A DNA stretch of 64,000 nucleotides from a virus. Lineage: Duplodnaviria > Caudoviricetes. Each line of letters starts with the position of its first letter. The first letter of the stretch is position 1. Positions 30,040 through 39,973 of this stretch are shown piece by piece. A program made the position numbers and the translations under genes. The notes under the pieces are model-generated. The model worked only from the letters and a program-made list of their open reading frames with translations. It was not told the origin of the DNA and searched no databases. The stretch is taken from the IMG/VR virus record IMGVR_UViG_3300031994_000033, positions 1 through 64,000 of that record. One strand, written 5' to 3'.

Positions 30040-31965
30040 ATGGGCTTTATTGTAAGACATAGCAACTTAGAGCAGCAGAACAAAGTCAAGTTCGGTGAAA
30101 TAAACGCATCATCTTCTGATGTGCAGAGCACACAGGGTGACGCAGACCTGATGCGCGAAGAACTGCTCAACAAATATGGCTGGCAGTCGCCTAGCGAGTA
30201 CTACTATGGTTCATCGTCTAGTGACATGGGAATCAAAGCTAGCGACATGACACCATCGATGGGCGAAATCTCAGACTACGAGTTAGCTAGTCTAGAAGAA
30301 GGAATGGACTATTACACAGAGCCAGCAGACGTAGATGCAATACCCGACTGGTTCTGGGTAGACAGCTTAGACAACTGGTGTTACTTCAAGATTACAGACG
30401 ACATGACTGAGTTCAAGAAAGTGTCTCCGAGATTCGGAAATTTAGGAAATACTATCTTGTCGTTCGCTTCATTCGGAATATTGAACGTCATAGACGAGAT
30501 TCAGAAAGGAAACTGGATCAAGGGTATCGCCAATGGTCTGTCTTCTATGAGATTGTATTATGACGCTGCTGAAGCAAGCGTAGAGATCATCTCTGGCGTG
30601 TCTGACTTCTTTCAGAGAATTATCAGCAAAGTATATACGACGGTCTTCGGAAACGTGATAGGAAAGTCTCTAGCCGTCGTAAACAAGTTGAACATGGCTC
30701 TGTCCATAAAGATGCTTAGAGCTGCTAATGGCTTATATCAGCCGACTGAAGGAATTTTGTCTCTTCCTCTGCTTCTATACTCTATCTTCTTGACAGACAG
30801 CTCAGTCGATCATGAAGATGTCGAGGCGGAAGAGTACATCGAGATGGTGGCGTCAGGTGGACCGGAGAACAATATGCCGAGAAACTGCATCAGCTTGTAC
30901 ATGTGGAACGGCTATAAGCGCAACTGGATGCCGTTGAAGCGCATGATCGAGATCTATGACACATTCGGAAAGAGAAGCAACTACGACTTGATCTACTCGT
31001 CTCTAAAGAACATGTATCCTAAGCTGATGAGCGCTACAGACGACGAGTTTAGTCTATATCTCGAGACTTTCGGAATTCCAGTCGAGAACGCTAGCGACGG
31101 GTTCAACAGACTCAGAAATGAAGCGTTCGACATAAGAAACAGAACAAGCGGAAACTACTTCGGATTCTTGAACCAGATGACTGGCTTCCTGATGAGAGAG
31201 TGTCCTCAAGCAGTCAACTCACTAGCTAGAATGCTGTTCATGAACATATACGCGTTCGATCCCGCTTGCATAGAGGCACTTCAGCTCAGATCTCCTCTGA
31301 ACAAGAAGCACGTCTTATGGGTCGACAACGATGATGACGAGAGCTGGTCACGAGCCCACTGGCTAGAGAACTGGTCGATGTGGATTCCTCTTCCTAGAGA
31401 CAAAGCGAAGATAAAGCTCTACAACAAGAACACTTTCCAGCTCATAAATCGTCCAGTATACCAGTTGAGCTGGTTCGGTCGTGATCTCGGCGGATTCGAA
31501 CACAAGAACATCGGACATCCCTGCTTCATGCGTGGAAATGACGACATCTTGTGGATCTGTTACTGGCAGCGTTGGACCAGCACTAGAGGAGAAGAAAAGT
31601 CTGGAGGCGGTATCTTCGACAAGATCATCGAAGTCGAAGGGATCCAAGACATATACAAGTCTGATGTCGAAAACTGGACATCGATCAGAACGTCGATGTT
31701 CGAGAAGCACGACGACTACGGATACGATGACTGGATGATCAACGGAAACTACTTGCTCTCAAATCACAGGTTCACTATCGACGAAGAGAGTCCGACTGCG
31801 ATCAGCACTTACGAAGAGTCTACGATCGGTCCTGATCGTGTCGCTCCAGTGAACAGTATAGATAAAGTAAATAAGAACAAGCTTGTCCTTAGCCTGTCTA
31901 GCGGAACAGTCATATCGAGAGACGACGACAACGGAATTCTGGATGTAGCTAAGAGATGGAGATGA
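30040..31965 (+). CDS. Large hypothetical late protein
   Basis: 641-aa ORF after a CATAAATA promoter variant. Confidence 0.7.
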   Translation: MGFIVRHSNLEQQNKVKFGEINASSSDVQSTQGDADLMREELLNKYGWQSPSEYYYGSSSSDMGIKASDMTPSMGEISDYELASLEEGMDYYTEPADVDAIPDWFWVDSLDNWCYFKITDDMTEFKKVSPRFGNLGNTILSFASFGILNVIDEIQKGNWIKGIANGLSSMRLYYDAAEASVEIISGVSDFFQRIISKVYTTVFGNVIGKSLAVVNKLNMALSIKMLRAANGLYQPTEGILSLPLLLYSIFLTDSSVDHEDVEAEEYIEMVASGGPENNMPRNCISLYMWNGYKRNWMPLKRMIEIYDTFGKRSNYDLIYSSLKNMYPKLMSATDDEFSLYLETFGIPVENASDGFNRLRNEAFDIRNRTSGNYFGFLNQMTGFLMRECPQAVNSLARMLFMNIYAFDPACIEALQLRSPLNKKHVLWVDNDDDESWSRAHWLENWSMWIPLPRDKAKIKLYNKNTFQLINRPVYQLSWFGRDLGGFEHKNIGHPCFMRGNDDILWICYWQRWTSTRGEEKSGGGIFDKIIEVEGIQDIYKSDVENWTSIRTSMFEKHDDYGYDDWMINGNYLLSNHRFTIDEESPTAISTYEESTIGPDRVAPVNSIDKVNKNKLVLSLSSGTVISRDDDNGILDVAKRWR

Positions 31966-31969
31966 CAAG

Positions 31970-32731
31970 ATGATACTACCCAAATTTAAAAATAAGCTTC
32001 TGAAGTTCGGAAATACTCTGATTATAGCAAACGTAGGTCCTGTTCCTCCAGGTCCAGAGCCTACACCTCCAGAGAACGCGTTGAGTCTGAACGGTGAAGC
32101 GATATCGATAGGAAATGACTACATAACTGTCGGACAAGGAGGTGCACCGCAAGGCGTCGAAATCGGCGGGCGATTCTATCCCACCGTCACGATAGGAAAT
32201 CAGGAATGGCTCGCAGAGAACCTCGACTTCAAGTTCGATGGACTCGTCGTTGGCCAGGGAAGTTCCTCTTCAGAACCTAGAGCTAATTACTACAGGAATG
32301 ATGAAGCTACTTATGGAGTAAATGGGAACAAGTATGGCCTTCTTTACAATTGGACTGCTGTGAAGTATCTCAAAGACAACAAGTCTACGCTATTTCCAGA
32401 GGGTTGGCGTGTATCATCACAAGTAGACTGGGATAATTTGATAACAGCTGTAGGTGGTTCTTCTGTTGCTGGGACTAAGCTTAGATCCACTGCAGGATGG
32501 ACGGTTGCTAATGGAACTGACGACTTCGGCTTTGCTATTTTTCCCGCTGGTGCCCAGAACTCGGGCTCCTTCTACAATGTAGGCATTTTCGCATACTTCT
32601 GGACGTCTGTTGAGAGCGCGGGCACAGCCTTCGCATACAGCCGCAGCTTCCGTGCGGACAGCGATCCGGCCACAGGTACTTCAAGTAAGACACTCGGTTA
32701 CTCGGTTCGCCTCGTGAGAACCATTTCATAA
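31970..32731 (+). CDS. Fib_succ_major (Fibrobacter succinogenes major paralogous) domain protein; probable receptor-binding protein and DGR target
   Basis: VTIGNQEWLAENL, YGLLYNW, PEGWRV, GTDDFGFAIFPAG, AYFWTS, GYSVRLVR. Confidence 0.88.
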   Translation: MILPKFKNKLLKFGNTLIIANVGPVPPGPEPTPPENALSLNGEAISIGNDYITVGQGGAPQGVEIGGRFYPTVTIGNQEWLAENLDFKFDGLVVGQGSSSSEPRANYYRNDEATYGVNGNKYGLLYNWTAVKYLKDNKSTLFPEGWRVSSQVDWDNLITAVGGSSVAGTKLRSTAGWTVANGTDDFGFAIFPAGAQNSGSFYNVGIFAYFWTSVESAGTAFAYSRSFRADSDPATGTSSKTLGYSVRLVRTIS

Positions 32732-32806
32732 GAGGATTAGATAAATAAACAAAAGTCATCGACAAGAGCATAACTGTCGGCACGAAATTCAGAAAGGAGA
32801 ATAGAA

Positions 32807-33553
32807 ATGAAAGAGATTAAAGAGCTAAACGATTTTTCTGGTTCTGACGGCTATCTAGCTGTTGACGGACTAAACAATGAGTCAGCAGGCGGAAAGAAGA
32901 AGCTGTCGGATATTCAGCCTCTTGTTCTGCATGCGGTTACAGAGGAAGACCCAGAGAACCCTGGTAATTACTGGTCTTACATAAATTATAGCTTCGATGA
33001 CCTCCTTACGAAGGTCAAGGGCGGTACACCGTTGACAGTCATAATCGATGGGCCTATCAATACAGAATACCATGACAATAACCCATATCTTCCTAAAGTT
33101 AACTATACCTATGTAATATCTGAATTCCAAATCATAGAATCCGCTGGTGATGCTACGATTCCGCCTAATAGAAGATTGATAGGTACAACCGGAAAATCAA
33201 ATGAAGTGCACTTGATTGAAATGCAATCAGCTGGCAACATAATTCCGTTATACTTTGTACCAGGTTCGTTCACTTTAGATGTGTCTAACTGGGAATACAA
33301 TTGGCCGTCAGAGCAAATTGGATGGTCTAGGAAGTGGGCGAGACAATCGCCGAAATGCTTGGAATTACTTTGCAACGGTATGAGTACTATTGCCAATTAT
33401 ATAGCATATTTGGACGGGAACAATTACTACTCTTGTTATCAGTGCCGACATGAAAATGGCGCATATTCATTGAGTACAAGTCCTATCATATTTTACTACG
33501 ATTGGAATGAAGATACGATGCATGGCACTTTCCCGTTCTTCTCAGATCAATAA
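32807..33553 (+). CDS. Hypothetical protein (AT-richer, possibly a swapped fibre module)
   Basis: RBS AGGAG; N-terminal IKELND..DGYLAVD motif. Confidence 0.65.
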   Translation: MKEIKELNDFSGSDGYLAVDGLNNESAGGKKKLSDIQPLVLHAVTEEDPENPGNYWSYINYSFDDLLTKVKGGTPLTVIIDGPINTEYHDNNPYLPKVNYTYVISEFQIIESAGDATIPPNRRLIGTTGKSNEVHLIEMQSAGNIIPLYFVPGSFTLDVSNWEYNWPSEQIGWSRKWARQSPKCLELLCNGMSTIANYIAYLDGNNYYSCYQCRHENGAYSLSTSPIIFYYDWNEDTMHGTFPFFSDQ

Positions 33554-33574
33554 TTGATCTTCTGATCGTAACTA

Positions 33575-33610
33575 ATGCTGAGCTATTGACAACAATAGCT
33601 CAGCATCTTT
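33575..33610 (+). terminator. Intrinsic terminator
   Basis: ATGCTGAGCTATTG-ACAA-CAATAGCTCAGCAT, a 14-bp stem followed by CTTT. Confidence 0.8.
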
Positions 33611-33621
33611 GTAAATAATAC

Positions 33622-36600
33622 ATGCGAGAAGTATTCTTTAACAGCTTCAAAGAGAAGATTCTAAATGGACAAGTGCCAAGCGTATTCGACGTGTCTGGAA
33701 CTCCGATTGCTTCGGACTTCATAAACATCTACGACAACTCTGTCATCAAGCTAGAGCAGTACAAGAACTTGTCTGACTTTGACAAGTACTCTACAGGAAA
33801 TCACAACAAGCCGTTCGAAGAGACCAAGTTCAAGTATGACGAGTACTGCGTCGAATATAGCGCTTACTATGACAACGACGTGTCGGAGAAGCCCATGTTC
33901 ATCAACCCAGACAACTGGGATAAGTTCCTTCAGACCTATAGCGGAGAGATAGGCTACTCAGATCCGTATGTCAAGAGCAAGTTCGACAGCTATATCTCTG
34001 ACGACGAGAATGTGAACTCGGGATTCTACTACATTCAGAAGAAGTCTCAGCTCAAGTGGATCTCCGAGCGCTGCAACGACAGAGAGAACTTCAACAACAG
34101 AATAGTCGTAGTCATGGGCGACGACATCGGAAGTCCAGCTGCTAACTATCAGCTTCTTGATACTGTTATCTGCAACGATCCGAACCGCCCTTTCCAAGGA
34201 ATTCTCGACTTCAACGGACACCGTATCTCGAACATCGTGATGGAGTGCAAAGAGAATTCGAACGGCTTAGTTGGCTATCTTGGAGCAGACGGCGTCGTGA
34301 GAGACGCTATCGTAAACAACATTCTCTTCAAGTGCTCTAACAAGATCTCGCTAGATAAGATCAGAACCGACTGCTCGGATGTCGTGGTCGGTGGAGTCGT
34401 CGGAACGAACTACGGAACTGTCGAGAACATCGTCACTTCTGGCGACATTCGCTTCAACGGATTCTGTCCAGAAGTCTATCTCGCTAGCAACAAGTACGAG
34501 TATCAGTCTTACGACAACGTTATCAACAATCCGAACTACAACTGCTTCTTCCCTAGCAAGTTCTGCATCAACTCGCTGTACAACGTGATCCCTTATGTGG
34601 GCTACTTCGCTGAAGGCGCTGACAGCTACTTCAACGATGTCGGAAGTCCTCTGTTCAAGTTGACTATTACAGACGACGATACGCACAACGAGAAACTACA
34701 TCAGCTGTACCAAAACAACCTCAGAGCTCTGCTAGGACTTCAAGTGAATGACAAGAACATCAATGACGATGGTAAACTTCCTTTGATGTTCAACTTAGAC
34801 CACTTCACTGAGTATAAGCTAGGAAACAACGACTTCATCGATCTCAGAACAGCTAGACTGACTGACTACTTAGGATCTTCAGTCGTCGTGAAGATGGAGA
34901 ACGAGCCTGGGCTTCACCGATATAGAGACAATGTCGCATTCGGCGACGCATTCACTGTGACTAACGCAGGATATGGATCGTCCAATAACTTCCCTGTCAT
35001 GCTCTCGATGGAAGACGATCAGAATCTTCCGGAGTTCGCTCTCAACAACACCATTTCTAGTCTAGAGAGCTTACAAAGCTGGAACGACTATCAAGAGATG
35101 AAAGTCGGAAAAGATAGCAAGGAAGAGATGTGGTCTGGAACTCCTAACACGAACATGTGGGAATATGGAGCGTATCTATCGAGGCAGCTGAGAGACACGA
35201 TTATGTTCACTGCTAAGAGCTCAAGAAATGAGCAAGTCACGATTCATCAGAAGATGAACCCATATAGTCGAATCGCTTACTACTGCTCTCCAGTCGTCGG
35301 AAACAACTTCGGTCTGATCAGAAACATCGACTGCCGTCACACGCTGCACGAGACTAACGACACTTTCGTAGGATTCATCGGAAGCGTTTGCGGAAAGCAG
35401 AACTGCGGCATCATCGACAGAGTGAACTCGGTCCTCGACATCGTCCCACTGACAGAATCAGAAGTCAGCGCATCGCCACTAGCGTCTCGAGTATACACGG
35501 ACAACAGAAGCTATATTCCGGACTATCCAGACAATTATACGAATCTTGTGAACGTGTTCGGTTACAACTGGGACTACTATCAGACTTCTGCTGGCTTGGA
35601 TGTTCCCGAGCAGCGTCACTACGCTACAGTTAGCGCATCAGCAGCTTACGTGTCAGACCGATTCTACTCTTTCCACGACTTCCTCACATCTGGCGTTCAG
35701 GTCAAGAACGCAGGCGACTACTGGGTTCCTAAGAACGACAACTATGTCTTCAATGAGCTAGCAGAGAAGAGAACAGAAGCTTCTGCGACACAGAAGTACT
35801 GCAACTTCAAGCTGAATGTCTATGAAGATGCAGCTGCGTCAGCTATCGGATCAGCTATCCCAGACGCTATCAGAAACGCTAAGCTTAAGCTGTCGTTCGT
35901 TCCAAGCACGAGCGCAATTCCGTCAGATACTCTGAACACTTTCGCGATCGAAGCGAGAGTGAAAGTCGATACGGCCTCAGAGCGTTCAACGTTCAAGCTA
36001 TACAATCCTTACGAAGATAGCAAGGAAGACAACATATTCAACTCGTTGAGCTTCAATACGACTGAGCTAGAGCAGAAGATCTCTAACTTGAATCTCAGCA
36101 TCGAGCACATGGATCTCAACGTGATCGGAGACGCCGCTAAGACTCTGTCAAGAAAGGATCCTCTGACTTTCGAAATCGAAGATCGAGAAGAGGAGATCAC
36201 GCTAGCAGACGCTCTCAGCTACTGTTCAGCATTCAACGGAGAATGTGGAAGCACTGTCGACAACTCGATGGAGTTCGCTACAAACATAATGAACGCTAAA
36301 GTCGCTGTCGGATGCGAGATGCTTGGAAATCCAGCTCTGAATGTAGACTACAGCTTCCCTGGAGGAACTCAACCATTCTCTGGAGCTAAAGAGGGACTAT
36401 TCGGCTGCGCTAACGAGCACAACCAGAATGAGTATGTCATTCCGTCCGGAGTCGGTCCTAACAACACAGACGAGAACTGGGTCATCGATGTAGGAGACGA
36501 CTTCGCTGACTTCTGCTGGTATATGCAGCCAGGCGAGTACAAAGCCGATACAGAAGACGGTCCTGAAGCATTTGATATCTCTGTATGGGACAATGTCGAT

Positions 36601-39129
36601 CCGAGCAATCCTCTTGGATATATCGGTACTCTGTATCACTTTCCAGGAGACCGTCCCAACTACTTCTCTAGCATAAACGTCTCCGGACTATGGGACGTTT
36701 ACGGCGGAAGAAACGGAAGACCTGTGTTCGAGAGGAATCAGAACTGCTATCAGTCTGATCTGCCTAGAACTATGCTCACCATCGTTCCGAAAGAAGACGA
36801 GACACTAAAAGAATTTGGCGAGTACATAGCTTCTGTCGCTCATGACAAGTCTGGATTCCAAGACATTGTCGGAGACAGCTACTCGGTGAAGATCAACAAG
36901 ATCTCTATTCCGCTGTTCAACAGGACTCAGAATCGAGCATATCAGTCAAGCTCGCTCGAGGGAGTGAACAACGTCTCAGGCGTCTATCTCGACTACACGG
37001 CTCAGCCCAGACTGTGGGACTTCAAGAGAGACGAACAGGATCGAAAGACAGATCCAGTCGAAGTCGAATGCAATCCGGAAGAGAGCGCTCTCGCTGGAAG
37101 ACTAGGAAATCTTGACGACATGTATATCGACATGTCTATTCTAGTCAATGATCAAGAGCATCAATCCTATGAGGCTCCTAATCACTATAGGGTCTATCCG
37201 ATGATCGCAAAGATTCCTCTGAGAAGACTCAGAATTCCGATCTCTGCTATAGAAGTAGTCGGCTCATTCACAGGAATGGTCCAAAAGTACTCGGAAGATC
37301 TAGCGAACATCATCGGACCTATGAAGTATAACGCTAGGGAAGTCAAATACTATCATCTGCTTCCAGCATACGACATGCAGGACAGGTCTAACGAGAACGT
37401 GAAGTATGATCTGAAGTCGATCTACAACGTCGGCGGAATCTGCGGCATGATCAACCATGCTGCTAGCTTCATCGAACGGGGAATGATGGATCTATACTAT
37501 AAGCAAGAGCCGAGATCTGAAGAGAACGGTGGACCTTACAATAGAGCGTCTTGCGGTCAGATCAGCAACTGCAACGTCAAGCTCACTAGAAACACGTTCG
37601 ACTTCATCAATCATCTTCTTCTGGACAAGATGGAGAACGGCAAGCTAGTCGAGTTCAACGACAGAACGATCGGAGTCGCTAACAAGTTCGGCGGCATCGC
37701 TGCTATCTACGAATATAGACAGAACGACATCGGTACGAGCCCTTACACTCAAGTCGACGGATGCGGACCTGACAGTCTAACGAGACTCGATCAGCAGAGA
37801 TTCTTGTTCCAGAACATCACCGTCGCTGGATACGAAGAGTTCTACACAGGACATGCTCCTACAGCAGACGAGTACAGAAGCCGATCGCTGTTCAAGATAT
37901 TCACGAAGATATTCTCTCCGTTCGTCGAATGGGCTAATGTCGGAAACATTCTCGACACCACGAACATGTGGCTGATTGATGACAAGATACGCTCGAAAGA
38001 TGACAATTATAGATCTAGACACAGCTCTAACTTCCCGATAAGCTCGAACATTCATCAAGCATGGACTATGCATCTAAGCGATGGCTACTTCTGCGGACAG
38101 AACGAGGGTTCTTCGTGGATCCTCGGTATGCACCATCCAGTTGTCGCTTACAATAGAATAGATCCGACACAAGAAGAAGCCGATCTTCCAGATCGTAGAG
38201 GAAAAGTGACAGCAGAAGACCTGGGAGTCGTAGGCTGCAACATCGGGTTCGATACCACTTCAGACTACTACCCGAGACTTCAGTTCAATACGAAGACTTA
38301 CGATCTGTTGCCGAGCGTGCTTCTCAATCACGTCGACGTATGGTACTACGGCGACTCTCCCATCGTCGACTCGAAAGTGATTCACATGAGCCCAGTCGCT
38401 AACGCGCCATGCTCTGAATATAACGACATCTACATGCAGATGTTTGGTGGAAACCCGAACTTCATCAACAGGAAGCTCGGAAAGCCGATAATGATGTCTC
38501 AGCTACATGGCACAGAGGCTACATACCACTACGACATCATTAGAGGCGATAGAGTCAACAGCATGGCGTTGATCAATCAGTGGGTTCTGAGAGCTTACTC
38601 GGATCGATACGAGAAGAATCACGGCATCACCGACCGATACTTCACTTGGGACTACGACATGAGAAAGGTCAGTGCGCTCAATCGCAGCAAGACTCCGATG
38701 GACTTCACCATCAGATACGGAATCGACAGAAGTGGAACGAGAGGGCTCTGGATCCATCAGATAGACGGCTACTCGGACGTGCGTCCCTGGACAAAGTACG
38801 CTATGAAGGGAAAGAGCGAGTGCATGAACGACGGATCTTGCATCAGACTCGGCTACATGCCGTCAGACTGGTCGATCATAGAGCTCATGAACCGTTCCGA
38901 CGAAGACGACAGCGTTCCAGACAAGCAGTATGACGAAGGAAGAGCGATAGACGGAACAGACTTCAGAGGCATTCTGCTCTATGAGCCGAACGGAGATCTA
39001 GTCGCGTTCATCGATACAGAGAGTCCAATCGATCTGGTCTCTGGATGCTACATCTCGTCTCTGCCGAAAATAGAGACTTTCAACGGAGAAAGATACGGAC
39101 TTCTGACAGAGATCGCAACTGAGGAGTGA
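33622..39129 (+). CDS. Giant (1835 aa) virion protein with GLUG-like motifs
   Basis: FQGILDFNGHRISNI, GLVGYLG, VGGVVGTNYGTVEN, VGGICG, FGGIA. Confidence 0.7.
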   Translation: MREVFFNSFKEKILNGQVPSVFDVSGTPIASDFINIYDNSVIKLEQYKNLSDFDKYSTGNHNKPFEETKFKYDEYCVEYSAYYDNDVSEKPMFINPDNWDKFLQTYSGEIGYSDPYVKSKFDSYISDDENVNSGFYYIQKKSQLKWISERCNDRENFNNRIVVVMGDDIGSPAANYQLLDTVICNDPNRPFQGILDFNGHRISNIVMECKENSNGLVGYLGADGVVRDAIVNNILFKCSNKISLDKIRTDCSDVVVGGVVGTNYGTVENIVTSGDIRFNGFCPEVYLASNKYEYQSYDNVINNPNYNCFFPSKFCINSLYNVIPYVGYFAEGADSYFNDVGSPLFKLTITDDDTHNEKLHQLYQNNLRALLGLQVNDKNINDDGKLPLMFNLDHFTEYKLGNNDFIDLRTARLTDYLGSSVVVKMENEPGLHRYRDNVAFGDAFTVTNAGYGSSNNFPVMLSMEDDQNLPEFALNNTISSLESLQSWNDYQEMKVGKDSKEEMWSGTPNTNMWEYGAYLSRQLRDTIMFTAKSSRNEQVTIHQKMNPYSRIAYYCSPVVGNNFGLIRNIDCRHTLHETNDTFVGFIGSVCGKQNCGIIDRVNSVLDIVPLTESEVSASPLASRVYTDNRSYIPDYPDNYTNLVNVFGYNWDYYQTSAGLDVPEQRHYATVSASAAYVSDRFYSFHDFLTSGVQVKNAGDYWVPKNDNYVFNELAEKRTEASATQKYCNFKLNVYEDAAASAIGSAIPDAIRNAKLKLSFVPSTSAIPSDTLNTFAIEARVKVDTASERSTFKLYNPYEDSKEDNIFNSLSFNTTELEQKISNLNLSIEHMDLNVIGDAAKTLSRKDPLTFEIEDREEEITLADALSYCSAFNGECGSTVDNSMEFATNIMNAKVAVGCEMLGNPALNVDYSFPGGTQPFSGAKEGLFGCANEHNQNEYVIPSGVGPNNTDENWVIDVGDDFADFCWYMQPGEYKADTEDGPEAFDISVWDNVDPSNPLGYIGTLYHFPGDRPNYFSSINVSGLWDVYGGRNGRPVFERNQNCYQSDLPRTMLTIVPKEDETLKEFGEYIASVAHDKSGFQDIVGDSYSVKINKISIPLFNRTQNRAYQSSSLEGVNNVSGVYLDYTAQPRLWDFKRDEQDRKTDPVEVECNPEESALAGRLGNLDDMYIDMSILVNDQEHQSYEAPNHYRVYPMIAKIPLRRLRIPISAIEVVGSFTGMVQKYSEDLANIIGPMKYNAREVKYYHLLPAYDMQDRSNENVKYDLKSIYNVGGICGMINHAASFIERGMMDLYYKQEPRSEENGGPYNRASCGQISNCNVKLTRNTFDFINHLLLDKMENGKLVEFNDRTIGVANKFGGIAAIYEYRQNDIGTSPYTQVDGCGPDSLTRLDQQRFLFQNITVAGYEEFYTGHAPTADEYRSRSLFKIFTKIFSPFVEWANVGNILDTTNMWLIDDKIRSKDDNYRSRHSSNFPISSNIHQAWTMHLSDGYFCGQNEGSSWILGMHHPVVAYNRIDPTQEEADLPDRRGKVTAEDLGVVGCNIGFDTTSDYYPRLQFNTKTYDLLPSVLLNHVDVWYYGDSPIVDSKVIHMSPVANAPCSEYNDIYMQMFGGNPNFINRKLGKPIMMSQLHGTEATYHYDIIRGDRVNSMALINQWVLRAYSDRYEKNHGITDRYFTWDYDMRKVSALNRSKTPMDFTIRYGIDRSGTRGLWIHQIDGYSDVRPWTKYAMKGKSECMNDGSCIRLGYMPSDWSIIELMNRSDEDDSVPDKQYDEGRAIDGTDFRGILLYEPNGDLVAFIDTESPIDLVSGCYISSLPKIETFNGERYGLLTEIATEE

Positions 39130-39824
39130 CAAAAATGACATACGAGACTTATCCGACATTCATCGACTATCTCTTCAGCGTCAGATCGAAGACTGACGCA
39201 TACGGCGATCTAGAAGCGATTCTCACATCCGCTGGAAGCTTCGACACGTTCAAGCCGAGCACGACAGACGGATCGATTCCAGCAGCTGAAGTCTCAGAAA
39301 ACTTCATTCCGACTTCAGTGTTCTCTTATCCATCTTCTCGAATGGATCCGAGACCCTACGTCTCTGACTCTAACGGACTGTACTGCGAGACAGACAAGAC
39401 TTACGAAGAGATATTCAATCTTCCAGCTTCAGCTTCGCTAGAAGAGGGATCGAAGTATATCAGCAGCTTCGTTCAGAAAGCCATCTGGAACGCAGAGCTT
39501 CTGGGACGCTCTGTACCTTCGACTTCAGCAGAGATTCTCTCAGCAGACATTCCGTTCAAGAGCGTCTACGACGAAGAAGAGTATGACGCTTACGGTGTTC
39601 CTGTGAACTTCTTGAACGGAGATGCTCCTGGCGTGAAGGCCGAGAACATCGTCTGCTCCGGAGAGTACATCGCTGTCGCTTCTGGATGCTTGGTGACTGT
39701 CAGAAAAGAGAGAAACGGTGTCGATACGCTGTACCCGATCGGATTCATCGACTTCGAGAAGCTGTCGCCTAGCACACGCTACGAAGTGAAGTTCGATCCT
39801 CAGGGCTTTCTACAGCTAAAGTGA
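39126..39824 (+). CDS. Hypothetical protein
   Basis: GTGA overlap; GAGGAG RBS also suits ATG 39135. Confidence 0.7.
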   Translation: MTKMTYETYPTFIDYLFSVRSKTDAYGDLEAILTSAGSFDTFKPSTTDGSIPAAEVSENFIPTSVFSYPSSRMDPRPYVSDSNGLYCETDKTYEEIFNLPASASLEEGSKYISSFVQKAIWNAELLGRSVPSTSAEILSADIPFKSVYDEEEYDAYGVPVNFLNGDAPGVKAENIVCSGEYIAVASGCLVTVRKERNGVDTLYPIGFIDFEKLSPSTRYEVKFDPQGFLQLK

Positions 39825-39888
39825 TTTTATTACCTTTTATCTGGACAAGTTATATTATATAATACTTTAATCTTGAAAGGTAATAAAA
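39825..39888. repeat. AT-rich nested inverted repeat
   Basis: TTTTATTACCTTT (39825-39837) and AAAGGTAATAAAA (39876-39888) enclose the palindrome TATTATATAATA (39853-39864). Confidence 0.8.
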
Positions 39889-39973
39889 ATACTTTTTACT
39901 AAAAACTCGTCATGAAAAAGTGTATCTACGATAAATTCTTATATTTTTTCGTATTATATCTTAATTGGAACTC

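Noticed and set aside
30040-39824. Complete DGR cassette (RT, TR, Avd) near the Fib_succ_major gene
   Set aside because: I found no RT motifs and no second copy of the VR in this window by eye.
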